The translations under genes were made by a program, and so were the position numbers. The notes beneath the pieces are model-generated. The model was given only the letters and a program-made list of their open reading frames with translations, did no database searches and was not told the DNA's origin. A stretch of 64,000 nt of DNA, taken from positions 1,024,001-1,088,000 of the forward strand of contig CAXXUA010000004.1 in assembly GCA_963663765.2 (NCBI GenBank), in the 5' to 3' direction. Of the stretch, positions 41,734 to 51,552 are shown in pieces. Each line of letters starts with the position of its first letter. Position 1 is the stretch's first letter. This stretch comes from Candidatus Poribacteria bacterium. GTDB lineage: Bacteria; Poribacteria; WGA-4E; WGA-3G.

Positions 41734-41786
41734 AGGACACCCTCCCAATTGTTGAGTCTCGTAGGTAGGGTATTGCACATCCTACC

Positions 41787-41929
41787 CATAAGTGTCAACT
41801 AAAAAGTTTTATACATTGTTGGCGGGGTTTCTAACCCCGATTTTACAGGTCTTGGATCAAAAAATCGGGGTTAAAAACCCCTCCCACAAGAGAATATGCA
41901 AACACTTTTTTCTTAAGTTGACACCTATG
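41787..41929. mobile_element. IS4-like MITE (CATAAGTGTCAACT/AGTTGACACCTATG ends)
   Basis: TIRs plus an internal REP doublet; same family as 7465-7606. Confidence 0.75.
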
Positions 41930-41944
41930 GGGTAGATTCTATAC

Positions 41945-42157
41945 TCACATATACAATACGTTCTGCTTGCCGTCTCCGTTTAATAACCCCAAGGTTCCTC
42001 TGGGTAAGATACCCATTATCCTTTCGATTTCCAATTCCAATGCGTCCAAAAAGGCAACCGTTTTGCTGTTCTTGCCAATTTCTTCATTTGTTATCTCCTT
42101 TGAAATAATAAAGTTCAGAATGTCCTGTAAATGTCGTATACATTCGCACTTGTTCAT
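41945..42157 (-). CDS. Small hypothetical protein
   Basis: ATG 3 nt after the DUF4268 stop; 70 aa; no recognised motif. Confidence 0.45.
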   Translation of the reverse strand: MNKCECIRHLQDILNFIISKEITNEEIGKNSKTVAFLDALELEIERIMGILPRGTLGLLNGDGKQNVLYM

Positions 42158-42160
42158 CTC

Positions 42161-43144
42161 TTATTCTAATTCGTGTAACCGCACCGCCTCTTTAATTATA
42201 GGAGCAAACACTTCTTTGAGTTTAAGTAAATTTTCAATGCACCATTTGTGGATTTCATTCAAGTCATCAGTATCCTCCCAATTAACGTCTCCTTCACGGG
42301 CAATAATAATTTTGGACTCTCGTTTTTCAGGGGATCGAAGCCATTCAAATGAACTTCCAAAAGCTTCTTCAATTGCTGCTTTGTCCTGTTCAAGTGCGTC
42401 AAAGAGGACAAGCCTGTTTCGATTGTCCCTTTCATATATAATTACGTATACAGTCACTTGGGTTCCTCCTCTAAACCAAACATAATAATATACGCCGCTA
42501 TGTCCTGATGAAAAGTAATACCAATTCTCTGGCAGTGCAGCTTTGAGATTGCCAAATTCACCGGTTTCTCGTATTTCATCTATTAGTTTTTGAAAAAAGT
42601 TTCTATAACGTTTCTGTTTCTCTGTCTGTCCAGTAGGTTTGACAGACTTTTTCCATTGATTCGGTGCAATAACAGGTTTAAATTCAAGAGCAACCGGTGC
42701 GTCTTCTAAACCCTCTATTTGTAATAGTTCCACTATGACGGCGAAGAAACCGATGTCTATAGGTGTTTGCTCATTAAGCCATTCTAATACTTGGCGATAT
42801 TCATCTCTAAACTCATCCGCAATCCAAATTATAATTTTCGCATCTAACCCCGCAGCATAGGCAAGAAGTTGTCCAAGATGACTATGATCCGCTCCCCCTA
42901 ACTGATTTTCAATAATGACTGTTTTTGAGCTGGTATCGTCTTTTGCTTTGGCAAGCAAATCAAGTGATAAATTACCAACAGGGTATTCTGTATCTGTTAC
43001 TTCAAGGTCAAGGTCAAGGGCTTCTGATAACCTATCAATATTTTCTGCTAACCACGGGGTGAAATTCCTTGGTTCATTCGGGAAGTGTTCACGTAATGGA
43101 ACTCTTTTTAGTCTACTAAACTTAGGAATGTTCGTATTCGACAT
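42161..43144 (-). CDS. DUF4268 protein with N-terminal PD-(D/E)xK (NucS-like) nuclease
   Basis: E..FTPWLAENID.L, DLLA and IIENQLG..DH.HLGQL..YAAG; DUF4268-like C-terminus. Confidence 0.85.
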   Translation of the reverse strand: MSNTNIPKFSRLKRVPLREHFPNEPRNFTPWLAENIDRLSEALDLDLEVTDTEYPVGNLSLDLLAKAKDDTSSKTVIIENQLGGADHSHLGQLLAYAAGLDAKIIIWIADEFRDEYRQVLEWLNEQTPIDIGFFAVIVELLQIEGLEDAPVALEFKPVIAPNQWKKSVKPTGQTEKQKRYRNFFQKLIDEIRETGEFGNLKAALPENWYYFSSGHSGVYYYVWFRGGTQVTVYVIIYERDNRNRLVLFDALEQDKAAIEEAFGSSFEWLRSPEKRESKIIIAREGDVNWEDTDDLNEIHKWCIENLLKLKEVFAPIIKEAVRLHELE

Positions 43145-43192
43145 TTGTGTCTCCTGTTCATTCTGATTTTGTAATTCTGATAGATGAACTGT

Positions 43193-43324
43193 CTAATCAT
43201 GGTTTATCTGTAAGGGTAGGTTATCAATGATGCGGGTGGATTCCACGCTGACATGGATGATGCGGGCGATTGCTGGGACGATATCGCGCGGATCTGAAAA
43301 CCAACCGTTTGGATCGTTGATTAC
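43193..43324 (-). pseudogene. Orphan 3' end of a type ISP RM gene (scar 3)
   Basis: INDPNGWFSDPRDIVPAIARIIHVSVESTRIIDNLP*, homologous to the C-terminus of the 51799-54900 protein. Confidence 0.8.
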
Positions 43325-43338
43325 GTGTGATAGAACAA

Positions 43339-44553
43339 CTATACTGTTTCTTGGAGGGATTCTGCGGCGAAGATTGTTAAGCACAATTCTTCGCCAAAAA
43401 GTTTATAAACAGGTGTTTTTCCACTCAATTGTTCGCTTTCGTTCAGGATGATACCGACACCTTCCCCACGCCGTTCTAAAAAGTGTCTCCGCTTCACTTG
43501 GTTTCCTACATCATCGTCTATAGCAATTTCTGATAGTAAGCGCGCTAAGAGTTCATTACGGGTGGCTTGGCTATAGGGTAAGTTTTCAATTGTTACAGTA
43601 TTTGCTAATGCACCGGGAGAATATAGTTCCAGTCGATCAGCAAACATGAACAGACGAATTTTTGACTCGCCTTTAGAATAATCTCGATGCACGACTGCAT
43701 TAACGATTGCCTCAAAAATCGCACGCATGCTGTATTGGGGTTGGTCTATCCTTCCAATTTCCTTACGCGCTGATATCTTGTTGTGTTTTTGAACAAACTT
43801 AAAGGCATCTATAATCTGTTGGTCAAGTGGTCCTCTAAAATCTATTGCGTCAATTTGGTAGTTAGCATCTTTTTGTTTACCGCTATAATAAACAGCCTGA
43901 ATAAAACTGTTATACAGGAATTCATCAGGTGTGTCGTAACACATCAAAACACCCGCTACAGAAGCACGGATCTCCCGACCTTCTTTAACGAGTAACCTTT
44001 TTTTAATGAGTAGGTCTTCTATCTCATCTTCAGCAGCATCTTCTGTTATGAAGCGTTGATATAGTGATTCCCTTAATGTTTTTCTATGTGTGTCTGGAAC
44101 TAACTGTTCATCGAATCTGATAATTCTTGCTTGTGATCGACTTTGCATTAACCTCCCTAACTGTTCCGTGGTCATTTCTCTCTTGCTGCTGCCCTGACGG
44201 ATGAAATAACCGTTAGGTGTTTTGTGGACAAAAAGTCCTTTTAGAATTTCTATTTTCAGTATATTTTTTTCGTCTATCGTTAATTTCTGTGTGTCAATGC
44301 GGACGGTGGGTTTGATACTGTCATTGCATATTTCAACAACATTTTTTTCTATATGATCCAATTTCTGCAGTTCAATTCCAATGATTTCTTTGTTGTCGTC
44401 AATACCGATAAGTATCATTCCTCCTTCAGCGTTCGCAAATGCGGCGATCTCGTCTGCCATGCTGTCTCTGTGAGGCATCTCTCTTTTGAATTCCATCGTT
44501 GAGTCTTCACCAAGTATAATTTTTTCAATGAGTTCTGTTGTACTGTAAAACAT
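43339..44553 (-). CDS. Schlafen/AlbA_2 domain protein with RecG-C-like (HATPase_c_4) region
   Basis: GEDST.EFK, AFANA.GG..LIGIDD, EAIVNAVVHRDY, I..F.DRLE..SPG and RN..LA motifs. Confidence 0.9.
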   Translation of the reverse strand: MFYSTTELIEKIILGEDSTMEFKREMPHRDSMADEIAAFANAEGGMILIGIDDNKEIIGIELQKLDHIEKNVVEICNDSIKPTVRIDTQKLTIDEKNILKIEILKGLFVHKTPNGYFIRQGSSKREMTTEQLGRLMQSRSQARIIRFDEQLVPDTHRKTLRESLYQRFITEDAAEDEIEDLLIKKRLLVKEGREIRASVAGVLMCYDTPDEFLYNSFIQAVYYSGKQKDANYQIDAIDFRGPLDQQIIDAFKFVQKHNKISARKEIGRIDQPQYSMRAIFEAIVNAVVHRDYSKGESKIRLFMFADRLELYSPGALANTVTIENLPYSQATRNELLARLLSEIAIDDDVGNQVKRRHFLERRGEGVGIILNESEQLSGKTPVYKLFGEELCLTIFAAESLQETV

Positions 44554-44555
44554 AA

Positions 44556-47207
44556 CTAATCTCCAAGATGAATACGTTTATAACGTTGTTCAAAAGCCTT
44601 TTCTCCACCTTCAAGAATGCTGCATATATATTTTCTAACATTTCTTTGTTGGATACTTGCAGGATGTTGCACATAGGTTTGACCTTTTATAACTTCAAGT
44701 GGTAAAACCAGTTCAGCATCGCCGTTGACCACGATATTGGCATTGTGTGTTACAACGATAACCTGGCGTTTGGTTTTTATTTCACGTAACTGTCGCACAA
44801 TGAGGTCAGAAATTAATTCGTTATCCAAATCATCTTCGGGTTGATCCAATAGGAGTGGCTCTTCTCCATAAGATAGGATGAACGTCAACAGTGCAGCTGC
44901 TCTTTCTCCTGGTGATCCTGATTCCAACGGTTTACTGGGTTTATTGTTAGTACTTAACAAGGTGATTTTCAATTTATCCTTGGGAAACCATAGTGAGAGA
45001 TCGATCATTAATTCTGGCGGCAACGATTGTATACGATCAGCAAATGATTTTTTAATTTCGTCAGGCTTTTCTCTCACACGAATTCCTTCAATCGTTTCTT
45101 TGAGTTTTTCAATCTTCTTGTTTCCACTGTTTTGATAGATCTTTTTTAAAACTTCAAAATCCGAGGCAAAATGATCAGGACATTGCAGTATACGTCGAAT
45201 TTCTTGCTCAATGGTGTCCCAACTCTCTCCAAAAGGCTGGACTTCAATGCTGACGAATTGATTGCCTTGTAAAACAGAGATCAAAAATTCCTGCCGTTTT
45301 TCTGAGAGTATTTTTCTCTTCTTTTTAATTTTGTCAAACTCCTCTTTTTTTTCAGTTTCTAATGTTTGCATTCGTGATTTGTGCTCGTGAATTTGATCTA
45401 AATCTTTCTGCATACTTTTCTGCTGGGTTAAAAGCAAATTGTATCTGTTTGGGTCTATATCTTGCTGTTCAAGGTCTAAACGTGATTGTTCGTACCGCTC
45501 AATATCTGACTTAAGTTCCTGCATCCAAGGTGCTGCATTTTTTTCAGTTTGCCATTCAGTGAGAATAGACTCTGCTTCTTGACTCAATTGATTTAATTTT
45601 TTGTGAATGGTCCACCATTTATCATTTGTTTTTTGCAGATCTGACAACATATCACTGTTTTCGCTAAAAATCCCTTTATTAAAATCTGATGGTGTTATCT
45701 TATCCAATGTTTCCAATAAGGAGTGTTGTGCTTCATTCCATTTATTTTCTATGGTATCAATTTCACTTAACTGTTGCTGGCGTTGCCGATATTTTTGCAT
45801 CACGTTCTTATGACCTGATTTTTCGATGTACTCAATTTGTCTCGTCAAATCGTTCAATTCTCCGATTAATCGGTTTTCTTGATCTATCTTTTCTTGCAGC
45901 TCTTGTTGATTGTTTTCAATTTGCTTATATCGGTTGTTACCTTCCTTAATCTTTGTTTTGATATTTTCTGCGTCAACTTCTGGTACCTCATCTATGATTT
46001 TAATCAGTTTACTTGGTTCTTTAGCCAATTCAAAAATCTCCTTTTGACTAAAAACGTGGGCAGGAAGCAACGTTTTAATTTCTCCTTGAAAAGGTTCCCA
46101 CGTGCCATCATCGTTTTTTTGTTCCAAAGAGGGTTTATCTGGATTAGGAGACCAGTTCAAACGGTAACATATATTATTTTTCCAATATAATAATGATATA
46201 TCGGTATTAGGATTCAATAGACTGTCTTTATCTTCTGAAGAATAATATTTATCACTATCTGCTTTGAGAGTTTTGTGAATATCTTTATCGCGTCTCAGAA
46301 CGAGTCTTATGAATTCTAATAAGGTTGACTTACCCGTTCCACGACCACCAATAATTGCATTGAGAAATGGACTGAAATTGCATTCCAATGCTGTTTGATG
46401 TCCGATATATTTTGCATCGCTAATTTCCAATTTTTCTATAAAATAGGGCGGTAGATTGTTCGGAGTGTCATTCATATTGCGATTTACCGAAACATCACCG
46501 TCTCGTAGCGCAATTTTTAAACCTGCTAAAGAAGGTTTATCCATTTTGATCCAAGTAAAATTTCCGAAATCATCGGCACTGAAATCGTGGGTATCGGATC
46601 CAGTGACTTGAGTCCATCCGACTTTTTCTTCAGTGTATACTTGCGGTTTCATTGAACAACTGTCATGCAGTTCCATCGCATAAATCTTTTTATTTTTTAG
46701 TACCTTCTTCAGTCTTTTAGGTTGAAGTTGAAATAGTCCCTTTGTTTTATTAACGTGTGCTGGAATGGGAATCCCATCGCGTTTTGCAATTTCATTAATG
46801 ACTTCTGCAATGTTTTTAGAGGTCACATCATCACTGTCTCCTTTTGTTCCTGGATAATCAATCGCACCAAGTAACTTATCAATATGGCTCTCATCCTTAT
46901 CGTACCCAAAGATCGCCAATACATGAACATCGTCATATGTTGAAATTTCTACACCCGGAAATAGATATATAGGTCTGAACCATGGAGGTTCGTTTTCTTG
47001 TAATTCCTTTAACGTATGCTTCAAACGATCGACCCACTCACCACTGTTATGGTCGGTAATTGCTACACAATCAATTTCCTTTTCCATGAATGCTTTTAAC
47101 CAATCTTCAGGTTCCAATTCTCTATCACTGAAGTCTACTGACGCAGGTGTATGTGTGTGAAAATCGAATTTCCACCACCCTGCACCCGCAAATTGAAACT
47201 CATTCAT
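44556..47207 (-). CDS. PHP phosphoesterase-ABC ATPase fusion (TrlF/Ppl-like defence protein)
   Basis: DFHTHTPAS, AITDHN, AH and GSDTH (PHP); GGRGTGKST, coiled coil, SPGE, DQPEDDLD and VTHN. Confidence 0.92.
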   Translation of the reverse strand: MNEFQFAGAGWWKFDFHTHTPASVDFSDRELEPEDWLKAFMEKEIDCVAITDHNSGEWVDRLKHTLKELQENEPPWFRPIYLFPGVEISTYDDVHVLAIFGYDKDESHIDKLLGAIDYPGTKGDSDDVTSKNIAEVINEIAKRDGIPIPAHVNKTKGLFQLQPKRLKKVLKNKKIYAMELHDSCSMKPQVYTEEKVGWTQVTGSDTHDFSADDFGNFTWIKMDKPSLAGLKIALRDGDVSVNRNMNDTPNNLPPYFIEKLEISDAKYIGHQTALECNFSPFLNAIIGGRGTGKSTLLEFIRLVLRRDKDIHKTLKADSDKYYSSEDKDSLLNPNTDISLLYWKNNICYRLNWSPNPDKPSLEQKNDDGTWEPFQGEIKTLLPAHVFSQKEIFELAKEPSKLIKIIDEVPEVDAENIKTKIKEGNNRYKQIENNQQELQEKIDQENRLIGELNDLTRQIEYIEKSGHKNVMQKYRQRQQQLSEIDTIENKWNEAQHSLLETLDKITPSDFNKGIFSENSDMLSDLQKTNDKWWTIHKKLNQLSQEAESILTEWQTEKNAAPWMQELKSDIERYEQSRLDLEQQDIDPNRYNLLLTQQKSMQKDLDQIHEHKSRMQTLETEKKEEFDKIKKKRKILSEKRQEFLISVLQGNQFVSIEVQPFGESWDTIEQEIRRILQCPDHFASDFEVLKKIYQNSGNKKIEKLKETIEGIRVREKPDEIKKSFADRIQSLPPELMIDLSLWFPKDKLKITLLSTNNKPSKPLESGSPGERAAALLTFILSYGEEPLLLDQPEDDLDNELISDLIVRQLREIKTKRQVIVVTHNANIVVNGDAELVLPLEVIKGQTYVQHPASIQQRNVRKYICSILEGGEKAFEQRYKRIHLGD

Positions 47208-47258
47208 AACAGATACCTCCTAATTTTGTGAATTTGTGTTATCCGAATCTTTTATACC

Positions 47259-47882
47259 TCAGGACCGAGGTGTTGGTTTCAAAAGTCGGCTATTCCTCTC
47301 ATAGATGTCTCGGATTCCGAGGTCGTCTTGGATGCGTTTTGCTTCATAGAGCGGGACACGTTGGTGTTTTTTCTGCAAGATGTCAGCAACACTATTTGTC
47401 CACTTCTCAACTTCTGCAGGAGTAGTAAGGGGTATCCCTAGTGAGACGAAAGCAGGAACCTTACGGATATCTACTTCATGGATCAGGTGCGCTATCAGTG
47501 GGTGTGGCTGATCTAATGGTGGAGCTTCTTTAAAGGGTTTCGCATATCGTTGTCGTCCTCGGGCACCACCAATTTCATAAGGGATCCATGGTGATGTAAA
47601 CGTTCCTGGTCCGATGATACCTAATAAAGCAGAAGATGCATCTAATCCCTGTTCAATACACAAGGCAGTTTTGATGTCATCATTTTGGGCTTGTGCGTCC
47701 TGCATACATTTATTGTCTTCATCTAACCAATAGTCAAGTCCAATTTGCTTTAATATCTCACTACACTTACGTGCCATGATCTTATCACAAACAGTGCGTC
47801 TGTAAGAGATGAACACAATTGATTCCATGTCGGGTTTAAAACTGCGAACTTGGCCAGTTTCAAAAAAGTTTTTGGCAGGCAT
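47259..47882 (-). CDS. TIR domain protein (TIR2)
   Basis: VFISYRR..D; G.DYWLD; SPWIPYEIG with the candidate catalytic Glu. Confidence 0.85.
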   Translation of the reverse strand: MPAKNFFETGQVRSFKPDMESIVFISYRRTVCDKIMARKCSEILKQIGLDYWLDEDNKCMQDAQAQNDDIKTALCIEQGLDASSALLGIIGPGTFTSPWIPYEIGGARGRQRYAKPFKEAPPLDQPHPLIAHLIHEVDIRKVPAFVSLGIPLTTPAEVEKWTNSVADILQKKHQRVPLYEAKRIQDDLGIRDIYERNSRLLKPTPRS

Positions 47883-47893
47883 TGCTTTTACTC

Positions 47894-48370
47894 CTATTCT
47901 ATATCTTCTAAATTGGTTAAATCTTCTACACCAGCAAGATCTGATAGAGCTCGTGAATATTTACACAATTCCACCTGAAGCAACTTAAGCTCTTCACGAA
48001 AAGCGTTGCATTCAGACTCTTTCTCAAAGTCACCGGCGATACTTTTTGGATGCCACCTGGCCGTAAATGGACGAACCACTTGGTTAAGAACTACGACTGC
48101 AATTTTCGTAAACTCAATGCAGTCCTGCCCTTGTTCTTTAAGGATTCTTCTCGTAGTTTTAAACAGCGAATAAATGCTTTCTAACGCTGTTTTTTCATCA
48201 CCAGATTCGGTGGGCAATGCCTGCGTGGTAATTCTTGTAAGTAACTCAATGTATAGTTTCCAAGCAGCTTCTCTGTCGCCTGCTTTGGGAGACCATTCTG
48301 CCTCCACAATGCTTGCGTTAATTTTCAGACTATCCAACCCCCATTGTTTCAACCATTTTCTCAAATTCAT
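47894..48370 (-). CDS. Helical hypothetical protein between the two TIR genes
   Basis: ATG at 48370 overlaps the TIR1 stop (ATGA); AAW.LYIELLTRITTQ, GDEKTAL.SIYSLF and LNQVVRPFTA.WH. Confidence 0.8.
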   Translation of the reverse strand: MNLRKWLKQWGLDSLKINASIVEAEWSPKAGDREAAWKLYIELLTRITTQALPTESGDEKTALESIYSLFKTTRRILKEQGQDCIEFTKIAVVVLNQVVRPFTARWHPKSIAGDFEKESECNAFREELKLLQVELCKYSRALSDLAGVEDLTNLEDIE

Positions 48371-48996
48371 TTCGACCACCTTTCGCCCGAACGGTTATTT
48401 TTGAACGAATCATGAGAATTGTCGGGCAGTATCTCTGCGCTTCGTCTTCGTTGGAAAGCGTCATGTATCCAAGACTGCACAGTACGTGGATTTTCGCTCC
48501 AATTGTAGATTTTAGCATATCCACGTTCAATATTATCGTGGAGTCTTGGAGGTATTGTCTTATAGTCATAATAAACGGATCTTCCATTGCAATAGATTGT
48601 TTTGATGTCGTTATAAGGTGTACCAAGAGGATTATTAAGTGCTCCAAAAAGCCCAGAAGGATTGGGGTACGTCGGCAACAAAATCCCTAAAAGACCGGAA
48701 CGAGAACTAGCTTTTGTCTGTCGTATACTGGATCCAATTTCCCAATCCACAAATTTTCGTTGCCACGTATGAGCACCGACGAGAACAACTGTCACTGTGG
48801 AATCTTGGAGATAGTTCTCCCGTATGATTTGAAAAATTCGATCTGTAGAGAGTCTGGTATCATCAATATCTCCAATTTCAACAGATTCTGACACCATGAT
48901 GTCATGGATGTCTGAAAACATGCGTTCAAACCAGTCCCGGTAATATTGGTCTTCATCATGGTAATAACTGACAAAAACTCGATGCTTGTCATTCAT
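48367..48996 (-). CDS. ThsB-like TIR domain protein (DUF1863)
   Basis: HRVFVSYYH; IRENYL.DSTVTVVLVG..TW.RK.VDWEI..S; GLLGI; IPPRL.DN; AGGAGG RBS. Confidence 0.9.
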   Translation of the reverse strand: MNDKHRVFVSYYHDEDQYYRDWFERMFSDIHDIMVSESVEIGDIDDTRLSTDRIFQIIRENYLQDSTVTVVLVGAHTWQRKFVDWEIGSSIRQTKASSRSGLLGILLPTYPNPSGLFGALNNPLGTPYNDIKTIYCNGRSVYYDYKTIPPRLHDNIERGYAKIYNWSENPRTVQSWIHDAFQRRRSAEILPDNSHDSFKNNRSGERWSK

Positions 48997-49054
48997 TAGA
49001 CTCCTCCTTTGTAGTTTATGTTAAAAATACTTTTGGTCTCTCAATATTTATTCA

Positions 49055-49324
49055 TTACCCATCTGTTATCTCAGCAGAGAGGTTGTCAATAATCCGCGCC
49101 GATTCCACACTCACATAAACAATACGCTTAATTGCTGGAACTAAATCACGCTGAATAGTCTCAAATTCAACATCGGTTGGATTGCGTTGCAGTGTTGCAA
49201 AATGGGACTGAATTGTCAGCATCTCGTTTAGATTTAGAGATAGAGTGCCTTCTTGGCTGATACTCATTAATTCGGCATCATCTGCATTTAGAACTTGAAA
49301 TTCATTGACCTGATAGGGCATCAC
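49055..49324 (-). pseudogene. Chimera of a PurL 5' fragment and a type ISP 3' end (scar 2)
   Basis: LSLNLNEM..IQ.HF..L.RNPTDVEFET (PurL linker, lacking the following WSEHC) fused in frame to RDLVPAIKRIVYVSVESARIIDNL. Confidence 0.75.
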
Positions 49325-49451
49325 TTTCTTCGCTATTGAATCTGAACCATGATTATGTAAAGTTTGGACAATTTGTGTCTATTTATTGTCCAAACTTTAC
49401 TAAAAGTTAAGCATTAAGTCCATTATAATCTTAACGTGATGATAAGTGTTA

Positions 49452-51029
49452 TCATTCTACTATGTCAAAACTAATTATTTTGACATACATGTATCTTGTT
49501 TGTTTTTGATTGACTATACCAAGGTCAATTGTGCCATTTACTTGCTTAGTCATTTTAGAGGGTATAGTACCCACAAAGTTTACAACATCTGAATCAATCG
49601 GTACGTGCTTATCATTAAAGAAGAAAACATGACAACAAATATTTTTCACGTCTCTATCAAGCTCGTTTCGTAGTGAAAATGTATAAACTGCATATTCTGA
49701 CCAACGTATATTTTCGTAGGTGATTCCTTCCTCCACGAGGTTTTGACCGCTCTCAGGATCCAGCAGTTTAATATCTTGCTTTAGATTTAGCTGTCTGATA
49801 TTAGGATCAATATCAAAATTTATTAATTTCGCCCTCCTAGCACATATTTGTCCTGAAGATACTCTATCCATGCGGATTTGTTTGTCGTTTTTATCTTTGA
49901 AAGTTATCTGACAATGAACGTTTTCAATGTCCTCACTGCATCGGTTCCGCAGGGAAAAGCCAAAAGCGGTGGCAGGTATCCATTTCCATTTCCCAAACCA
50001 TGTTATTCCCTCTAAATTTTGACTATTAGAATCATCTTGTTCAGAGTGTTTCACTCTATCGAAACTAACAATTTCTATCTCATGTCTTATAGATTTGCTG
50101 ACTCTTGCGTCAACATCAAAACTTATCAACTTTGCGGCTCCAGCTGGTAGCAAACCGGGAAATACCACATCATCCCGATAGATTTTATGGTCCGTCGCAT
50201 CAAAGAACGTCACGTAACAACGAATATTCTCTATATCTTCAAGACACTGATTTCGCAGGGAAAATCTATAAGAATACTCAAAGTCCCAAGGGGCATCTAC
50301 GGGGATATCGTTAGTTCGGATTGGAAATCTTTCCACCGAGGAAGATCCCTGGTTTGGACCAGTCCGCGATATCCAATGATAGGTTTCTGATTCCTCCCAC
50401 GTTAATTCCCCAATAGTTACGGCTTCCAACAAAGGATTTGTAGGTCTATCTTCAATGAGCAGCGTTTCAAGGCATTTTGAGGGGACGGCGAAATTGAGCA
50501 ATTGTCCTTCATCTAAACTTCCTACAGAAACACCTACAACTGTTCCTTCGTTATTTAGAACAGGACCGCCACTGCTGCCTCTGGAAATCGGAGCAGTCAT
50601 CTGTATGTGTTTATCACCGGAACTTCGTTCTCGGAAACCGCTAATTATACCTTGTGAAACTGTACCTTCCAAAAATCCTTGTGGATTGCCTACCACGTAA
50701 ACAGGATCGCTAACCTGAACGACTTCACTATCAGCCAGATTGAGCGGTGGTGCTTCAAAATCATCAGGTACATCAAGTAAAACCAGATCATTTTCGCGAT
50801 CAATTGCAATAATGCCTTTAATGTCGAATAACGTATCCTTGCCTACCAACTTTGCATAAACTTTTGCTGCATCTTCAACAACGTGGAAATTGCTAACAAT
50901 TTGCGTGCCCTGAACAACGAATCCACTTCCTCTTCCTATTGTTTTATTCTTAGCATCTTCTGCGACTAATAGAACAGTAGAAGCTAAGGCTTTTTGGGTA
51001 ATTTCTCGAACAGTTTTTTGATTATTCAC
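49452..51029 (-). CDS. Trypsin-like serine protease with three repeated C-terminal beta domains
   Basis: GSGF, SNFHVV, DLVLL and GSSGGP triad motifs; FSLRN..D.(E/K)N..C...F.D three times; no signal peptide. Confidence 0.88.
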   Translation of the reverse strand: MNNQKTVREITQKALASTVLLVAEDAKNKTIGRGSGFVVQGTQIVSNFHVVEDAAKVYAKLVGKDTLFDIKGIIAIDRENDLVLLDVPDDFEAPPLNLADSEVVQVSDPVYVVGNPQGFLEGTVSQGIISGFRERSSGDKHIQMTAPISRGSSGGPVLNNEGTVVGVSVGSLDEGQLLNFAVPSKCLETLLIEDRPTNPLLEAVTIGELTWEESETYHWISRTGPNQGSSSVERFPIRTNDIPVDAPWDFEYSYRFSLRNQCLEDIENIRCYVTFFDATDHKIYRDDVVFPGLLPAGAAKLISFDVDARVSKSIRHEIEIVSFDRVKHSEQDDSNSQNLEGITWFGKWKWIPATAFGFSLRNRCSEDIENVHCQITFKDKNDKQIRMDRVSSGQICARRAKLINFDIDPNIRQLNLKQDIKLLDPESGQNLVEEGITYENIRWSEYAVYTFSLRNELDRDVKNICCHVFFFNDKHVPIDSDVVNFVGTIPSKMTKQVNGTIDLGIVNQKQTRYMYVKIISFDIVE

Positions 51030-51321
51030 AGTTGGTCCTCATAAAAATAAAACTCTGTATTGTAAGCCAAATTTATTATAGTCATAATACTCCCATGGAA
51101 TGCGGCCACTTAAATACAACTTTCTATTCTTCATTAATACACCTTTCTATTCTTTATTGCAATGCAATATTACCTTATAAGGTAAGGAAAATGCTTGAAC
51201 AACGTCGTGGGAACGTCCAATATTGTCAATAACAACACGGATTATTTTAACACAGCATCTTATGCTTTGTCAAAAATGATGTATTTACCCACTCAATAAA
51301 CCATAAACGAAACGCAGCACA

Positions 51322-51522
51322 TTAGCCATCAATTATCTCCCCAGGCAACCCATCAACAATCCGAGCAGACTCCACACTTACATAAACAATCCGCCGAATA
51401 GCACCAACAATATCCCGCGGATCAGCAAACCAACCGTTTGGGTCGTTGACGATGCCGCTATCTGTGTCGGTCTTAATCTTGTAGCGGTCAATAAACCACT
51501 CCAGCGGCGATCTACCGTTGAC
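51322..51522 (-). pseudogene. Orphan 3' end of a type ISP RM gene (scar 1)
   Basis: Manual translation: VNGRSPLEWFIDRYKIKTDTDSGIVNDPNGWFADPRDIVGAIRRIVYVSVESARIVDGLPGEIIDG*. Confidence 0.85.
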
Positions 51523-51552
51523 GAACGAATCTAACGAGATTTCAATACATAA

